Virus record (IMG/VR): IMGVR_UViG_2718218135_000003
Length of the DNA: 35,116 nt
Source of the DNA: a virus
Lineage: Duplodnaviria > Heunggongvirae > Uroviricota > Caudoviricetes
Reading direction: 5' to 3' (one strand)
The notes below the pieces were generated by a model, which was not told the origin of the DNA, did not search any database, and worked only from the letters and a program-made list of their open reading frames with translations. Positions 8,978 to 18,276 of the stretch are shown one piece after another (position 1 is the first letter of the stretch; each line of letters opens with the position of its first letter). Both the position numbers and the translations under genes were made by a program.

Positions 8978-9021
8978 GCTTAACGAAGTCATGTTGAGTT
9001 AATAACATTTTTTCGTTAAGC
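8978..9021. other. Long hairpin overlapping the RT stop codon (10-bp perfect stem, 24-nt loop with nested 5-bp stem)
   Basis: GCTTAACGAA (8978-8987) and TTCGTTAAGC (9012-9021) are exact reverse complements; inner ATGTT/AACAT pair at 8991-8995/9004-9008. Possible bidirectional terminator or structured RNA. Confidence 0.4.
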
Positions 9022-10559
9022 GCTGTGTTCCTTGTCGAATAAGTTCACTTCTTCTGGTGTAATATCATTATCCATTTCTTCGAATGCATCTAAATCCACA
9101 ATTTTTGTTTTTTTCAAAATTGATAGTATTTTCTGTTTGTTTTTACTTTTGGCTGAACCCGGAATCCACTCTACATCCCACAGGCCATCAATGGTAAATG
9201 TTTTTTTTCCCTTGAGTTCATCATTTATGCGTTGACATAGGGCTGTTTTGTAATCGCCTTCCCATTGTGTGTGTATCTTCCCTTGAACTCGTTGAAACCA
9301 AATATCTAACATTTCAGTATTTGGTTGTTTACCTAGTTTACAATGAAGTTGTTGTAACTTGCCAAATTTGAGTTCATCGTCGTCATAAAGGAAGGTCAAG
9401 AGTTTTGCGAAAATAGCCATTCCCACTGGGTAGGTGGTTGGGTTTTTAGCCATGATGCTTGAAATAATTCCAAGCATTGCATCTAGTTGATGCCCACTAT
9501 TTGTGATCTTTTTCTTCCTAAATAATTTTCGCAAGAAATCATTTAAATATCTAACTGTAATTTTGGAGTTTTGATGTTTTAAAGAAAATAAATATATTGC
9601 ATACAACATTTTCTGTAGGGAGTTGAACGACTTTTCTATAATATATTCTTTTTTTGCTGATTTAAGGGAGTGAAGAATGATGTCGTCATGTAGTTCTGTT
9701 TTTCTTGAGTTTAAATCAAGCCCAAACTCACCTAAGACCTCAACCAAACACTTTGAGATTTTGTCCAAATCATCTTTACTGCTTGAAAATATTCGATAAT
9801 CATCTCTGTAGCGAACTACTTTGTAATCCGTTATTTTTTGCTCTTCGGTTTTTTTCTTAGCTGTAAATCAATTTCGCCTAAAATTAATTCGGCAAATGTA
9901 TCCATCAACGTACTACCCAATGGTATTCCGTTTGTCTGATTACTCATCATCATCTGGATATGAGTGTCAATCAATCGTCCTGGGTTATTGTTATTTTCTT
10001 TCTTTTTGGCCTCTTCTTTTGAGATGAATACCCATTCAAAGCTATGAGTGTAAATAGAAGGGTAGAAGTTTGAAATATCTGTGCTGAACATGAACTCATA
10101 CTCAAGAGCCAATGAAAGACTTTTTTGTTCAAAATCTTCCCACCAGTTTAAAACAGATGCAGCTACGTTTGAGGTGTTCTTTTTGCTCACTGGGATACTT
10201 GAGCATAAAAAAAGATCATTAGACTCAAACTCTCTAAATTTATTCCTTATAGCATTCCAGTTGGAAGAGGATGTAATAAGTTTACAAAAATACACGTAGT
10301 ATAGAGGATTAATTAGTGTTATTCGTCGCCAGCTATATAAGCCATCTTTGCTGACTAAAACCTCGTAATTTATATTCTTCCCCATCAATGACTTGGAGTC
10401 AGGTTGGAAGTTGATTTTACCTTCATCTATCGCGGAGTTGATTTCTTCAAGCAAGGAAGAAAAATCGACATAACTGGGTAGCTCCAGAGTAGTGTATGAA
10501 TCATGCTGCAGAAAATACTTAAGCGCTCTACCAGTAGTTAATTCATAAATCTTTTTCAT
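9016..10559 (-). CDS. Abi-type reverse transcriptase (AbiK/Abi-P2-like), interrupted by a -1 frame change at an A7 tract (9849-9855); fused product about 514 aa
   Basis: N-terminal frame carries RT-like motifs (FSTDISNFYPSIYTHS; GIPLGSTLMDTFAELIL); the frame opening 5 codons upstream of its stop carries VVRYRDDYRIF (YxDD). AT-rich relative to flanks. Start at ATG 10559 (MKKIYELT) is an estimate. Confidence 0.7.
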
Positions 10560-10765
10560 AATTAGTGATTTCTTCTTAAGTTGCGCACAAATAACTACCT
10601 GTTTTCTATCATGATAACGATGCGAATGCGAGCAATTCAGGAAGTGCATTACTCTGCATCGAAGCGCACGCAAGTCAGAGAACAATAACTGCCTGGCGAC
10701 ATCAGGACTGGCGCGCTAGTTGAGTGGTCATGCAACTGCATTAAAACCGCCCCATGAAGCGGGCG

Positions 10766-10784
10766 GGCGAGGCGGGGAAAGCAC
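10766..10784. other. cos: cos site (19-nt cohesive-end sequence GGCGAGGCGGGGAAAGCAC)
   Basis: Exact match to the P2 cohesive end as I recall it; lies between the variable locus and Q, as in P2. Confidence 0.7.
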
Positions 10785-10925
10785 TGCGCGCTGACGGTGG
10801 TGCTGATTGTATTTTTTCAGCGTCTCAGCGCGTCGTGACGGCACTTAGTCTGCCCGTTGAGGCGTTGTGTGTCTGCGGGGTGTTTTGTGCGGTGGTGAGC
10901 GTGTGAGGGGGGGGGATGACGGGGT

Positions 10926-10949
10926 GTAAAAAAGCCGCCCGCAGGCGGC
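10926..10949 (-). terminator. Rho-independent terminator after Q (minus strand)
   Basis: On the minus strand GCCGCC-tgcg-GGCGGC followed by TTTTTT, 6 nt past the Q stop. Confidence 0.6.
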
Positions 10950-10954
10950 GATGT

Positions 10955-11989
10955 TCAGTCGTTGTCAGTGTCCAGTGAGTAGTTTTTAAAGCGGATGACC
11001 TCCTGACCGAGCCAGCCGTTTATCTCGCGGATCCTGTCCTGTAACGGGATAAGCTCATTGCGGACAAAGACCTTTGCCACTTTCTCAATATCACCCAGCG
11101 ACCCGACGTTCTCCGGCTTGCCACCCATCAACTGAAAGGGGATGCGGTGCGCGTCCAGCAGGTCAGCGGCGCTGGCTTTTTTGATATTAAAAAAATCGTC
11201 CTTCGTCGCCACTTCACTGAGGGGGATAATTTTAATGCCGTCGGCTTTCCCCTGTGGGGCATAGAGAAACAGGTTTTTAAAGTTGTTGCGGCCTTTCGAC
11301 TTGACCATGTTTTCGCGAAGCATTTCGATATCGTTGCGATCCTGCACGGCATCGGTGACGTACATGATGTATCCGGCATGTGCGCCATTTTCGTAATACT
11401 TGCGGCGGAACAACGTGGCCGACTCATTCAGCCAGGCAGAGTTAAGGGCGCTGAGATATTCCGGCAGGCCGTACAGCTCCTGATTAATATCCGGCTCCAG
11501 CAGGTGAAACACGGAGCCGGGCGCGAAGGCTGTCGGCTCGTTGAAGGACGGCACCCACCAGTAAACATCCTCTTCCACGCCACGGCGGGTATATTTTGCC
11601 GGTGAGGTTTCCAGTCTGATGACCTTACCGGTGGTGCTGTAACGCTTTTCCAGAAACGCATTACCGAACACCAGAAAATCCAGCACAAAGCGGCTGAAAT
11701 CCTGTTGCGAAAGCCACGGATGCGGGATAAATGTCGAGGCCAGAATATTGCGTTTGACGTAAATCGGCGAGCTGTGATGCACGGCAGCACGCAGGCTTTT
11801 CGCCAGACCGGTAAAGCTGACCGGCGGCTCATACCATCTGCCGTTACTGATGCACTCGACGTAATCCAGAATGTCACGGCGGTCGAGTACCGGCACCGGC
11901 TCACCAAAGGTGAATGCCTCCATTTTCGGGGCGCTGGCGGTCATTTTTTTTGCCGCAGGTTGCGGTGTTTTCCCTTTTTTCTTGCTCAT
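10955..11989 (-). CDS. Q: Portal protein Q
   Basis: 344 aa, same length and position as P2 Q; first gene after cos. Confidence 0.85.
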   Translation of the reverse strand: MSKKKGKTPQPAAKKMTASAPKMEAFTFGEPVPVLDRRDILDYVECISNGRWYEPPVSFTGLAKSLRAAVHHSSPIYVKRNILASTFIPHPWLSQQDFSRFVLDFLVFGNAFLEKRYSTTGKVIRLETSPAKYTRRGVEEDVYWWVPSFNEPTAFAPGSVFHLLEPDINQELYGLPEYLSALNSAWLNESATLFRRKYYENGAHAGYIMYVTDAVQDRNDIEMLRENMVKSKGRNNFKNLFLYAPQGKADGIKIIPLSEVATKDDFFNIKKASAADLLDAHRIPFQLMGGKPENVGSLGDIEKVAKVFVRNELIPLQDRIREINGWLGQEVIRFKNYSLDTDND

Positions 11990-13761
11990 CAGTAAAACTC
12001 CAGAATGGTGGATGTCAGCGGGGTGCTGATACCGGCGGTGAGTGGCTCATTTAACAGGGCGTGCATGGTCGCCCAGGCGAGGTCGGCGTGGCTGGCTTCC
12101 TCGCTGCGGCTGGCCTCATAGGTGGCGCTGCGTCCGCTGCTGGTCATGGTCTTGCGGATAGCCATAAACGAGCTGGTGATGTCGGTGGCGCTGACGTCAT
12201 ATTCCAGACAGCCACGGCGGATGACGTCTTTTGCCTTGAGCACCATTGCGGTTTTCATTTCCGGCGTGTAGCGGATGTCGCGCGCGGCGGGATAGAACGA
12301 GCGCACGAGCTGGAACACGCCGACACCGAGGCCGGTGGCATCAATACCGATGTATTCGACGTTGTATTTTTCGGTGAGTTTGCGGATGGATTCAGCCTGG
12401 GTGGCAAAGTCCATGCCTTTCCACTGGTGACGCTCAAGTATTCTGAATTTGCCACCGGCCACCACCGGCGGTGCCAGCACCACGCATCCGGCGCTGTCGC
12501 CACGGTGTGACGGGTCGTAACCAATCCATACCGGGCGGGAGCCGAACGGATTGGTGGCAAACGGCGCATAGTCTTCCCATTCTTCCAGCGTGTCGACCAT
12601 ACAGCGTTGCAGCTCCTCGAACGGGAACACCGACGCCTTGTCGTCAACAAATTCACACATGAACAGGTTTTTAAAATCGTCGGCGCTGTTTTCGCGTTTG
12701 AGCTGCTCAATGTCGAACAGCGTGCAGCCGCCTTTCAGGGCGTCCTCAATGGTGACAATCTGCCGCCACTGGCCGTCCGCACAGAGAAGCCCACCGGCAA
12801 GGGCGTTATGACTGACGTCGATTTCCACGCGTTCGGCGGCGCTGGCGCGTCCCCGGTTGAACAGTTCACCCGACCAGAACGGGTAGGCGTCGTGCGCCAG
12901 CGTGGACGGGGTGGAGAAATAGGTCGATCGCAGGTGACTCTGTGAGGCCATACCTGATGCCACCTTACGCAGCACCTGAAAATTCGGGATCCAGAAAATC
13001 TCGTCGACGTACAGGTCGCCGTTATGGCTCTGCGCGGTGTTGGAGTTGGTGCCGAGAAAAATCAGTTTTGCGCCGTTATTGCCCAGGACAATCGGGTCAC
13101 CGGTCAGGTCAACATCAACCAGACGGGCAAAGGCGATGATGTATTCACGGAACACATACGCCTGCGTTTTACTGGCCGACAGAAAAATCTGGTTATGACC
13201 GGTTTTCAGGGCGCGCAGCAGCGCCTCGCGGGAAAAATAAAACGTCGCGCCAATCTGGCGGGATTTCAGGATATCGCGGATGCGGTGCTCAAGCCCGGCG
13301 CGATACCAGTGCAACTGATAATCGAAAGACTGCTCAAAGAAAATCTGCTCCAGCTTTTCGATGGCCTCGTCACTGAAAAAATTCTTTTTCGGTTTGCGCC
13401 GCCCGCCTTTGTTGCGGTTAGCGACGTTCGGATTAAGGTCTGCCTCGTTGCCGGTCTGGCTGTAGCGGTTTACCCGTGCCAGTCGTTCAATCTGGCGTCC
13501 CAGCAGGTCAATTTCCTTGAAATCACCGCCGGTTTTCTGCGGTTTGATGATGAGCTGGGTCAGCCGCGCTTCCAGACTCATTTCGACACGGCTGATGGGG
13601 GCAACGCTGTCCCAGCCGTCGCGCTGTTTCCAGCTCTGCACCGTCGGGCGTTTCATCTGCAACATGGCGGCAATCTGCGGCACGGAAAATCCCTGCCAGT
13701 ACAGCAGCGCCGCCTGACGACGCGGGTCGTGTAAAAGAGTGGTGTCTGTGGTGATGGTCAT
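11989..13761 (-). CDS. P: Terminase large subunit P (ATPase)
   Basis: 590 aa from ATG at 13761 (MTITTDTT...), same length as P2 P; ends on the Q start codon. Confidence 0.85.
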   Translation of the reverse strand: MTITTDTTLLHDPRRQAALLYWQGFSVPQIAAMLQMKRPTVQSWKQRDGWDSVAPISRVEMSLEARLTQLIIKPQKTGGDFKEIDLLGRQIERLARVNRYSQTGNEADLNPNVANRNKGGRRKPKKNFFSDEAIEKLEQIFFEQSFDYQLHWYRAGLEHRIRDILKSRQIGATFYFSREALLRALKTGHNQIFLSASKTQAYVFREYIIAFARLVDVDLTGDPIVLGNNGAKLIFLGTNSNTAQSHNGDLYVDEIFWIPNFQVLRKVASGMASQSHLRSTYFSTPSTLAHDAYPFWSGELFNRGRASAAERVEIDVSHNALAGGLLCADGQWRQIVTIEDALKGGCTLFDIEQLKRENSADDFKNLFMCEFVDDKASVFPFEELQRCMVDTLEEWEDYAPFATNPFGSRPVWIGYDPSHRGDSAGCVVLAPPVVAGGKFRILERHQWKGMDFATQAESIRKLTEKYNVEYIGIDATGLGVGVFQLVRSFYPAARDIRYTPEMKTAMVLKAKDVIRRGCLEYDVSATDITSSFMAIRKTMTSSGRSATYEASRSEEASHADLAWATMHALLNEPLTAGISTPLTSTILEFY

Positions 13762-13934
13762 GAATACCTCGCCGTGATGAATACACGGCAAGGCTACTGA
13801 GTCGCGCCCCGCGATTCGCTAAGGTGCTGTTGTGTCAGTGATAAGCCATCCGGGACTGATGGCGGAGGATGCGCATCGTCGGGAAACTGATGCCGACATG
13901 TGACTCCTCTAATCACTATTCAGGACTCCTGACA

Positions 13935-14789
13935 ATGGCAAAAAAAGTCTCAAAATTCTTTCGTATCGGCGTTGAGGGTGACACCTGTGACGGGCGTGTC
14001 ATCAGTGCGCAGGATATTCAGGAAATGGCCGAAACCTTTGACCCGCGAGTCTATGGTTGCCGCATTAACCTGGAACATCTGCGCGGCATCCTGCCTGACG
14101 GTATTTTTAAGCGTTATGGCGATGTGGCCGAACTGAAGGCCGAAAAGATTGACGATGATTCGGCGCTGAAAGGCAAATGGGCGCTGTTTGCGAAAATCAC
14201 CCCGACCGATGACCTTATCGCGATGAACAAGGCCGCGCAGAAGGTCTACACCTCAATGGAAATTCAGCCGAACTTTGCCAACACCGGCAAATGTTATCTG
14301 GTGGGTCTGGCCGTCACCGATGACCCGGCAAGCCTCGGCACGGAATACCTGGAATTCTGCCGCACGGCAAAACACAACCCCCTGAACCGCTTCAAATTAA
14401 GCCCTGAAAACCTGATTTCAGTGGCAACGCCTGTTGAGCTGGAATTTGAAGACCTGCCTGAAACCGTGTTCACCGCCCTGACCGAAAAGGTGAAATCCAT
14501 TTTTGGCCGCAAACAGGCCAGCGATGACGCCCGTCTGAATGACGTGCATGAAGCGGTGACCGCTGTTGCTGAACATGTGCAGGAAAAACTGAGCGCCACT
14601 GAGCAGCGCCTCGCTGAGATGGAAACCGCTTTTTCCGCACTTAAGCAGGATGTGACTGACAGGGCGGATGAAACCAGCCAGGCATTCACCCGCCTGAAAA
14701 ACAGTCTCGACCACACCGAAAGTCTGACCCAGCAGCGCCGCAGCAAGGCCACCGGTGGTGGCGGTGACGCCCTGATGACGAACTGCTGA
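13935..14789 (+). CDS. O: Capsid scaffolding protein O
   Basis: 284 aa from MAKKVSKFF with AGGA upstream; same length as P2 O; divergent from P. Confidence 0.85.
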   Translation: MAKKVSKFFRIGVEGDTCDGRVISAQDIQEMAETFDPRVYGCRINLEHLRGILPDGIFKRYGDVAELKAEKIDDDSALKGKWALFAKITPTDDLIAMNKAAQKVYTSMEIQPNFANTGKCYLVGLAVTDDPASLGTEYLEFCRTAKHNPLNRFKLSPENLISVATPVELEFEDLPETVFTALTEKVKSIFGRKQASDDARLNDVHEAVTAVAEHVQEKLSATEQRLAEMETAFSALKQDVTDRADETSQAFTRLKNSLDHTESLTQQRRSKATGGGGDALMTNC

Positions 14790-14847
14790 CCGGCGTCAGT
14801 CAGTCCGGGAAAACCTTCACGATTAACCCTTAATTTCAGGAAAAACT

Positions 14848-15921
14848 ATGCGCCAGGAAACCCGCTTTAAATTTAATGCCTACCTGTCCCGTGTTGCCGA
14901 ACTGAACGGCATCGACGCCGGTGATGTGTCGAAAAAATTCACCGTTGAACCGTCGGTCACCCAGACCCTGATGAACACCATGCAGGAGTCCTCTGACTTT
15001 CTGACCCGCATCAACATTGTGCCGGTCAGCGAAATGAAAGGGGAAAAAATTGGCATCGGTGTCACCGGCTCCATCGCCAGCACCACCGACACCGCCGGTG
15101 GCACCGAGCGTCAGCCGAAGGACTTCTCGAAGCTGGCGTCAAACAAGTACGAATGCGACCAGATTAACTTCGATTTTTATATCCGCTACAAAACGCTGGA
15201 CCTGTGGGCGCGTTATCAGGATTTCCAGCTCCGTGTCCGTAACGCCATTATCAAACGCCAGTCCCTTGATTTAATCATGGCCGGTTTTAACGGCGTGAGG
15301 CGTGCCGAAACCTCTGACCGCAGCAGCAATCCGATGCTGCAGGATGTGGCGGTCGGCTGGCTGCAGAAATACCGCAATGAAGCCCCGGCGCGCGTGATGA
15401 GCAAGGTCACTGACGAGGAAGGGCACACCACCTCTGAGGTTATCCGCGTGGGTAAGTGCGGTGATTATGCCAGCCTTGACGCACTGGTGATGGATGCGAC
15501 CAACAACCTGATTGAGCCGTGGTATCAGGAAGACCCTGACCTTGTGGTGGTTGTGGGACGTCAGCTACTGGCGGACAAGTATTTTCCCATCGTCAACAAG
15601 GAGCAGGACAACAGCGAAATGCTGGCCGCTGACGTCATCATCAGCCAGAAACGCATCGGTAACCTGCCGGCGGTACGCGTCCCGTACTTTCCGGCGGATG
15701 CGATGCTCATCACAAAGCTGGAAAACCTGTCCATCTACTACATGGATGACAGCCATCGCCGCGTGATTGAGGAAAACCCGAAACTCGACCGCGTGGAGAA
15801 CTACGAGTCAATGAACATTGATTACGTGGTGGAAGACTACGCCGCCGGTTGTCTGGTGGAAAAAATTAAGGTCGGTGATTTCTCCACACTGGCTAAAGCG
15901 ACCGCAGAGCCGGGAGCGTAA
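14848..15921 (+). CDS. N: Major capsid protein N
   Basis: 357 aa, same length and position as P2 N. Confidence 0.85.
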   Translation: MRQETRFKFNAYLSRVAELNGIDAGDVSKKFTVEPSVTQTLMNTMQESSDFLTRINIVPVSEMKGEKIGIGVTGSIASTTDTAGGTERQPKDFSKLASNKYECDQINFDFYIRYKTLDLWARYQDFQLRVRNAIIKRQSLDLIMAGFNGVRRAETSDRSSNPMLQDVAVGWLQKYRNEAPARVMSKVTDEEGHTTSEVIRVGKCGDYASLDALVMDATNNLIEPWYQEDPDLVVVVGRQLLADKYFPIVNKEQDNSEMLAADVIISQKRIGNLPAVRVPYFPADAMLITKLENLSIYYMDDSHRRVIEENPKLDRVENYESMNIDYVVEDYAAGCLVEKIKVGDFSTLAKATAEPGA

Positions 15922-15924
15922 CCG

Positions 15925-16668
15925 ATGACGAGTCCCGCACAGCGCCACATGATGCGGGTCTCGGCAGCGATGACCGCGCAGCGGGAAGCCGCCCCGCTGC
16001 GACATGCAACTGTCTATGAGCAGATGCTGGTTAAGCTCGCCGCAGACCAGCGCACACTGAAAGCGATTTATTCAAAAGAGCTGAAGGCCGCGAAAAAACG
16101 CGAACTGCTGCCGTTCTGGTTGCCGTGGGTGAACGGCGTGCTGGAGCAGGGCAAAGGTGCACAGGATGACATTCTGATGACGGTCATGCTGTGGCGTCTG
16201 GATACCGGCGATATTGCCGGTGCGCTGGAGATTGCCCGTTATGCCCTGAAGTACGGTCTGACCATGCCGGGTAAACACCGCCGTACCCCGCCGTACATGT
16301 TCACCGAGGAGGTAGCGCTCGCGGCCATGCGCGCTCACGCTGCCGGTGAGTCTGTGGATACCCGCCTGCTGACGGAGACCCTTGAACTGACCGCCACGGC
16401 TGACATGCCTGATGAAGTGCGCGCAAAGCTGCACAAAATCACCGGTCTGTTTCTGCGTGACGGTGGTGATGCCGCCGGTGCGCTGGCTCACCTGCAACGT
16501 GCGACACAGCTCGACTGTCAGGCAGGCGTCAAAAAAGAGATTGAACGACTGGAGCGGGAGCTGAAACCGAAGCCGGAGCCGCAGCCCAAAGCGGCCACCC
16601 GCGCCCCGCGTAAGATCCGGAGCGTGACACCGGCAAAACGTGGACGCCCGAAAAAGAAAGCCAGTTAA
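15925..16668 (+). CDS. M: Terminase small (endonuclease) subunit M
   Basis: 247 aa, same length and position as P2 M; basic C-terminal tail. Confidence 0.8.
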   Translation: MTSPAQRHMMRVSAAMTAQREAAPLRHATVYEQMLVKLAADQRTLKAIYSKELKAAKKRELLPFWLPWVNGVLEQGKGAQDDILMTVMLWRLDTGDIAGALEIARYALKYGLTMPGKHRRTPPYMFTEEVALAAMRAHAAGESVDTRLLTETLELTATADMPDEVRAKLHKITGLFLRDGGDAAGALAHLQRATQLDCQAGVKKEIERLERELKPKPEPQPKAATRAPRKIRSVTPAKRGRPKKKAS

Positions 16669-16767
16669 CAACCGAATGCGCCCCGCGCCAGGGCGGCACG
16701 CCGGTCAGTGAGGGTGAATCACCTGACACTGCACCGGCGTCCACCGCCCGACTTTTCAGAGGTAGTC

Positions 16768-17277
16768 ATGATGACGCTGATTATTCCGCGAAAGGAGGCT
16801 CCCGTGTCCGGTGAGGGTACGGTGGTCATCCCGCAACCGGCAGGCGACGAGCCGGTGATTAAAAACACGTTCTTTTTTCCCGATATCGACCCGAAGCGCG
16901 TCCGGGAACGTATGCGCCTTGAGCAGACCGTCGCCCCCGCCCGTCTGCGTGAGGCCATCAAGTCAGGCATGGCGGAGACGAATGCGGAGCTGTACGAGTA
17001 CCGCGAACAGAAAATTGCCGCCGGTTTTACGCGTCTGGCGGACGTCCCGGCGGACGACATCGACGGTGAAAGCATCAAAGTTTTTTACTACGAGCGCGCC
17101 GTGTGTGCGATGGCGACCGCGTCGCTTTATGAACGTTATCGCGGTGTGGATGCCAGTGCGAAAGGCGACAAGAAGGCCGACAGCATTGACAGCACCATTG
17201 ATGAGCTGTGGCGGGATATGCGCTGGGCAGTGGCGCGCATCCAGGGCAAGCCGCGCTGCATCGTGAGTCAAATCTGA
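16768..17277 (+). CDS. L: Capsid completion protein L
   Basis: 169 aa from MMTLIIPRK with GAGG upstream; P2 L position and length. Confidence 0.8.
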   Translation: MMTLIIPRKEAPVSGEGTVVIPQPAGDEPVIKNTFFFPDIDPKRVRERMRLEQTVAPARLREAIKSGMAETNAELYEYREQKIAAGFTRLADVPADDIDGESIKVFYYERAVCAMATASLYERYRGVDASAKGDKKADSIDSTIDELWRDMRWAVARIQGKPRCIVSQI

Positions 17278-17480
17278 TGAAGACCTTTGCGCTACAGGGC
17301 GACACGCTCGACGCCATTTGTGTCCGGTATTACGGGCGCACTGAGGGCGTGGTTGAGACCGTGCTCGCCGCAAATCCGGGACTGGCTGAACTGGGTGCGG
17401 TGCTGCCGCACGGCACCGCCGTCGAACTGCCCGACGTTCAGACCGCGCCCGTGGCTGAAACTGTCAATCTGTGGGAGTAA
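17277..17480 (+). CDS. X: Tail protein X
   Basis: 67 aa from MKTFALQGDTLD; ATG overlaps the L stop (TGATG); matches recalled P2 X. Confidence 0.8.
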   Translation: MKTFALQGDTLDAICVRYYGRTEGVVETVLAANPGLAELGAVLPHGTAVELPDVQTAPVAETVNLWE

Positions 17481-17483
17481 CGC

Positions 17484-17765
17484 ATGACAGCAGAAGAAAA
17501 AAGCGTCCTGTCGCTTTTCATGATTGGGGTGCTGATTGTTGTCGGCAAGGTGCTTGCCGGTGGTGAACCCATCACCCCGCGTCTGTTTATCGGGCGCATG
17601 TTGCTCGGTGGTTTTGTCTCGATGGTTGCCGGTGTTGTTCTGGTGCAGTTTCCTGACCTGTCACTGCCTGCGGTGTGCGGTATCGGCTCCATGCTGGGTA
17701 TCGCCGGTTATCAGGTGATTGAGATTGCCATTCAGCGCCGTTTTAAGGGCAGGGGGAAACAGTAA
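17484..17765 (+). CDS. Y: Holin Y
   Basis: 93 aa with hydrophobic transmembrane stretches and a charged C-terminus; P2 Y length and position. Confidence 0.8.
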   Translation: MTAEEKSVLSLFMIGVLIVVGKVLAGGEPITPRLFIGRMLLGGFVSMVAGVVLVQFPDLSLPAVCGIGSMLGIAGYQVIEIAIQRRFKGRGKQ

Positions 17766-18262
17766 TGCCGGTAATTAACACGCATCAGAATATCGCGGCC
17801 TTTCTCGACATGCTGGCCGTGTCCGAAGGGACGGCGAATCATCCGCTGACGAAAAACCGGGGCTATGACGTGATAGTCACCGGACTGGACGGGAAGCCGG
17901 AAATTTTCACTGACTACAGTGACCACCCGTTCGCGCATGGCCGACCGGCGAAGGTGTTTAACCGTCGCGGTGAAAAATCCACGGCCTCCGGTCGCTATCA
18001 GCAGCTTTACCTGTTCTGGCCGCACTACCGCAAACAGCTTGCCCTGCCGGATTTCAGTCCGTTGTCACAGGACAGGCTCGCCATTCAGTTGATCCGCGAA
18101 CGCGGTGCACTGGATGACATCCGGGCGGGACGCATTGAGCGCGCCATTTCACGCTGTCGCAATATCTGGGCGTCCCTGCCGGGTGCCGGTTACGGTCAGC
18201 GTGAGCATTCACTGGAAAAACTGGTCACCGTCTGGCGTACCGCTGGCGGCGTACCGGCTTAA
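17765..18262 (+). CDS. K: Endolysin K (lysozyme-like)
   Basis: 165 aa, P2 K length and position immediately after holin. Confidence 0.8.
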   Translation: MPVINTHQNIAAFLDMLAVSEGTANHPLTKNRGYDVIVTGLDGKPEIFTDYSDHPFAHGRPAKVFNRRGEKSTASGRYQQLYLFWPHYRKQLALPDFSPLSQDRLAIQLIRERGALDDIRAGRIERAISRCRNIWASLPGAGYGQREHSLEKLVTVWRTAGGVPA

Positions 18263-18276
18263 ACGGAGTAAACACC

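Noticed and set aside
9016-10700. Retron (msr/msd) interpretation of the RT locus
   Set aside because: I could not find the long a1/a2 inverted repeats or an msr-like structured region upstream of the RT start, and the protein has a long C-terminal extension more typical of Abi-type RTs. Not excluded; only an HMM or covariance-model search would settle it.
12061-13734. Several long antisense ORFs (e.g. 12061-12510, 12607-12945, 13024-13734) inside the terminase gene
   Set aside because: They lie entirely within a well-supported minus-strand gene in GC-rich sequence where stop codons are rare in all frames; no start context or motifs. Same reasoning for antisense ORFs inside A, O, N, M, T and D (e.g. 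6678-6947, 16072-16671, 30091-31092, 32066-33095).
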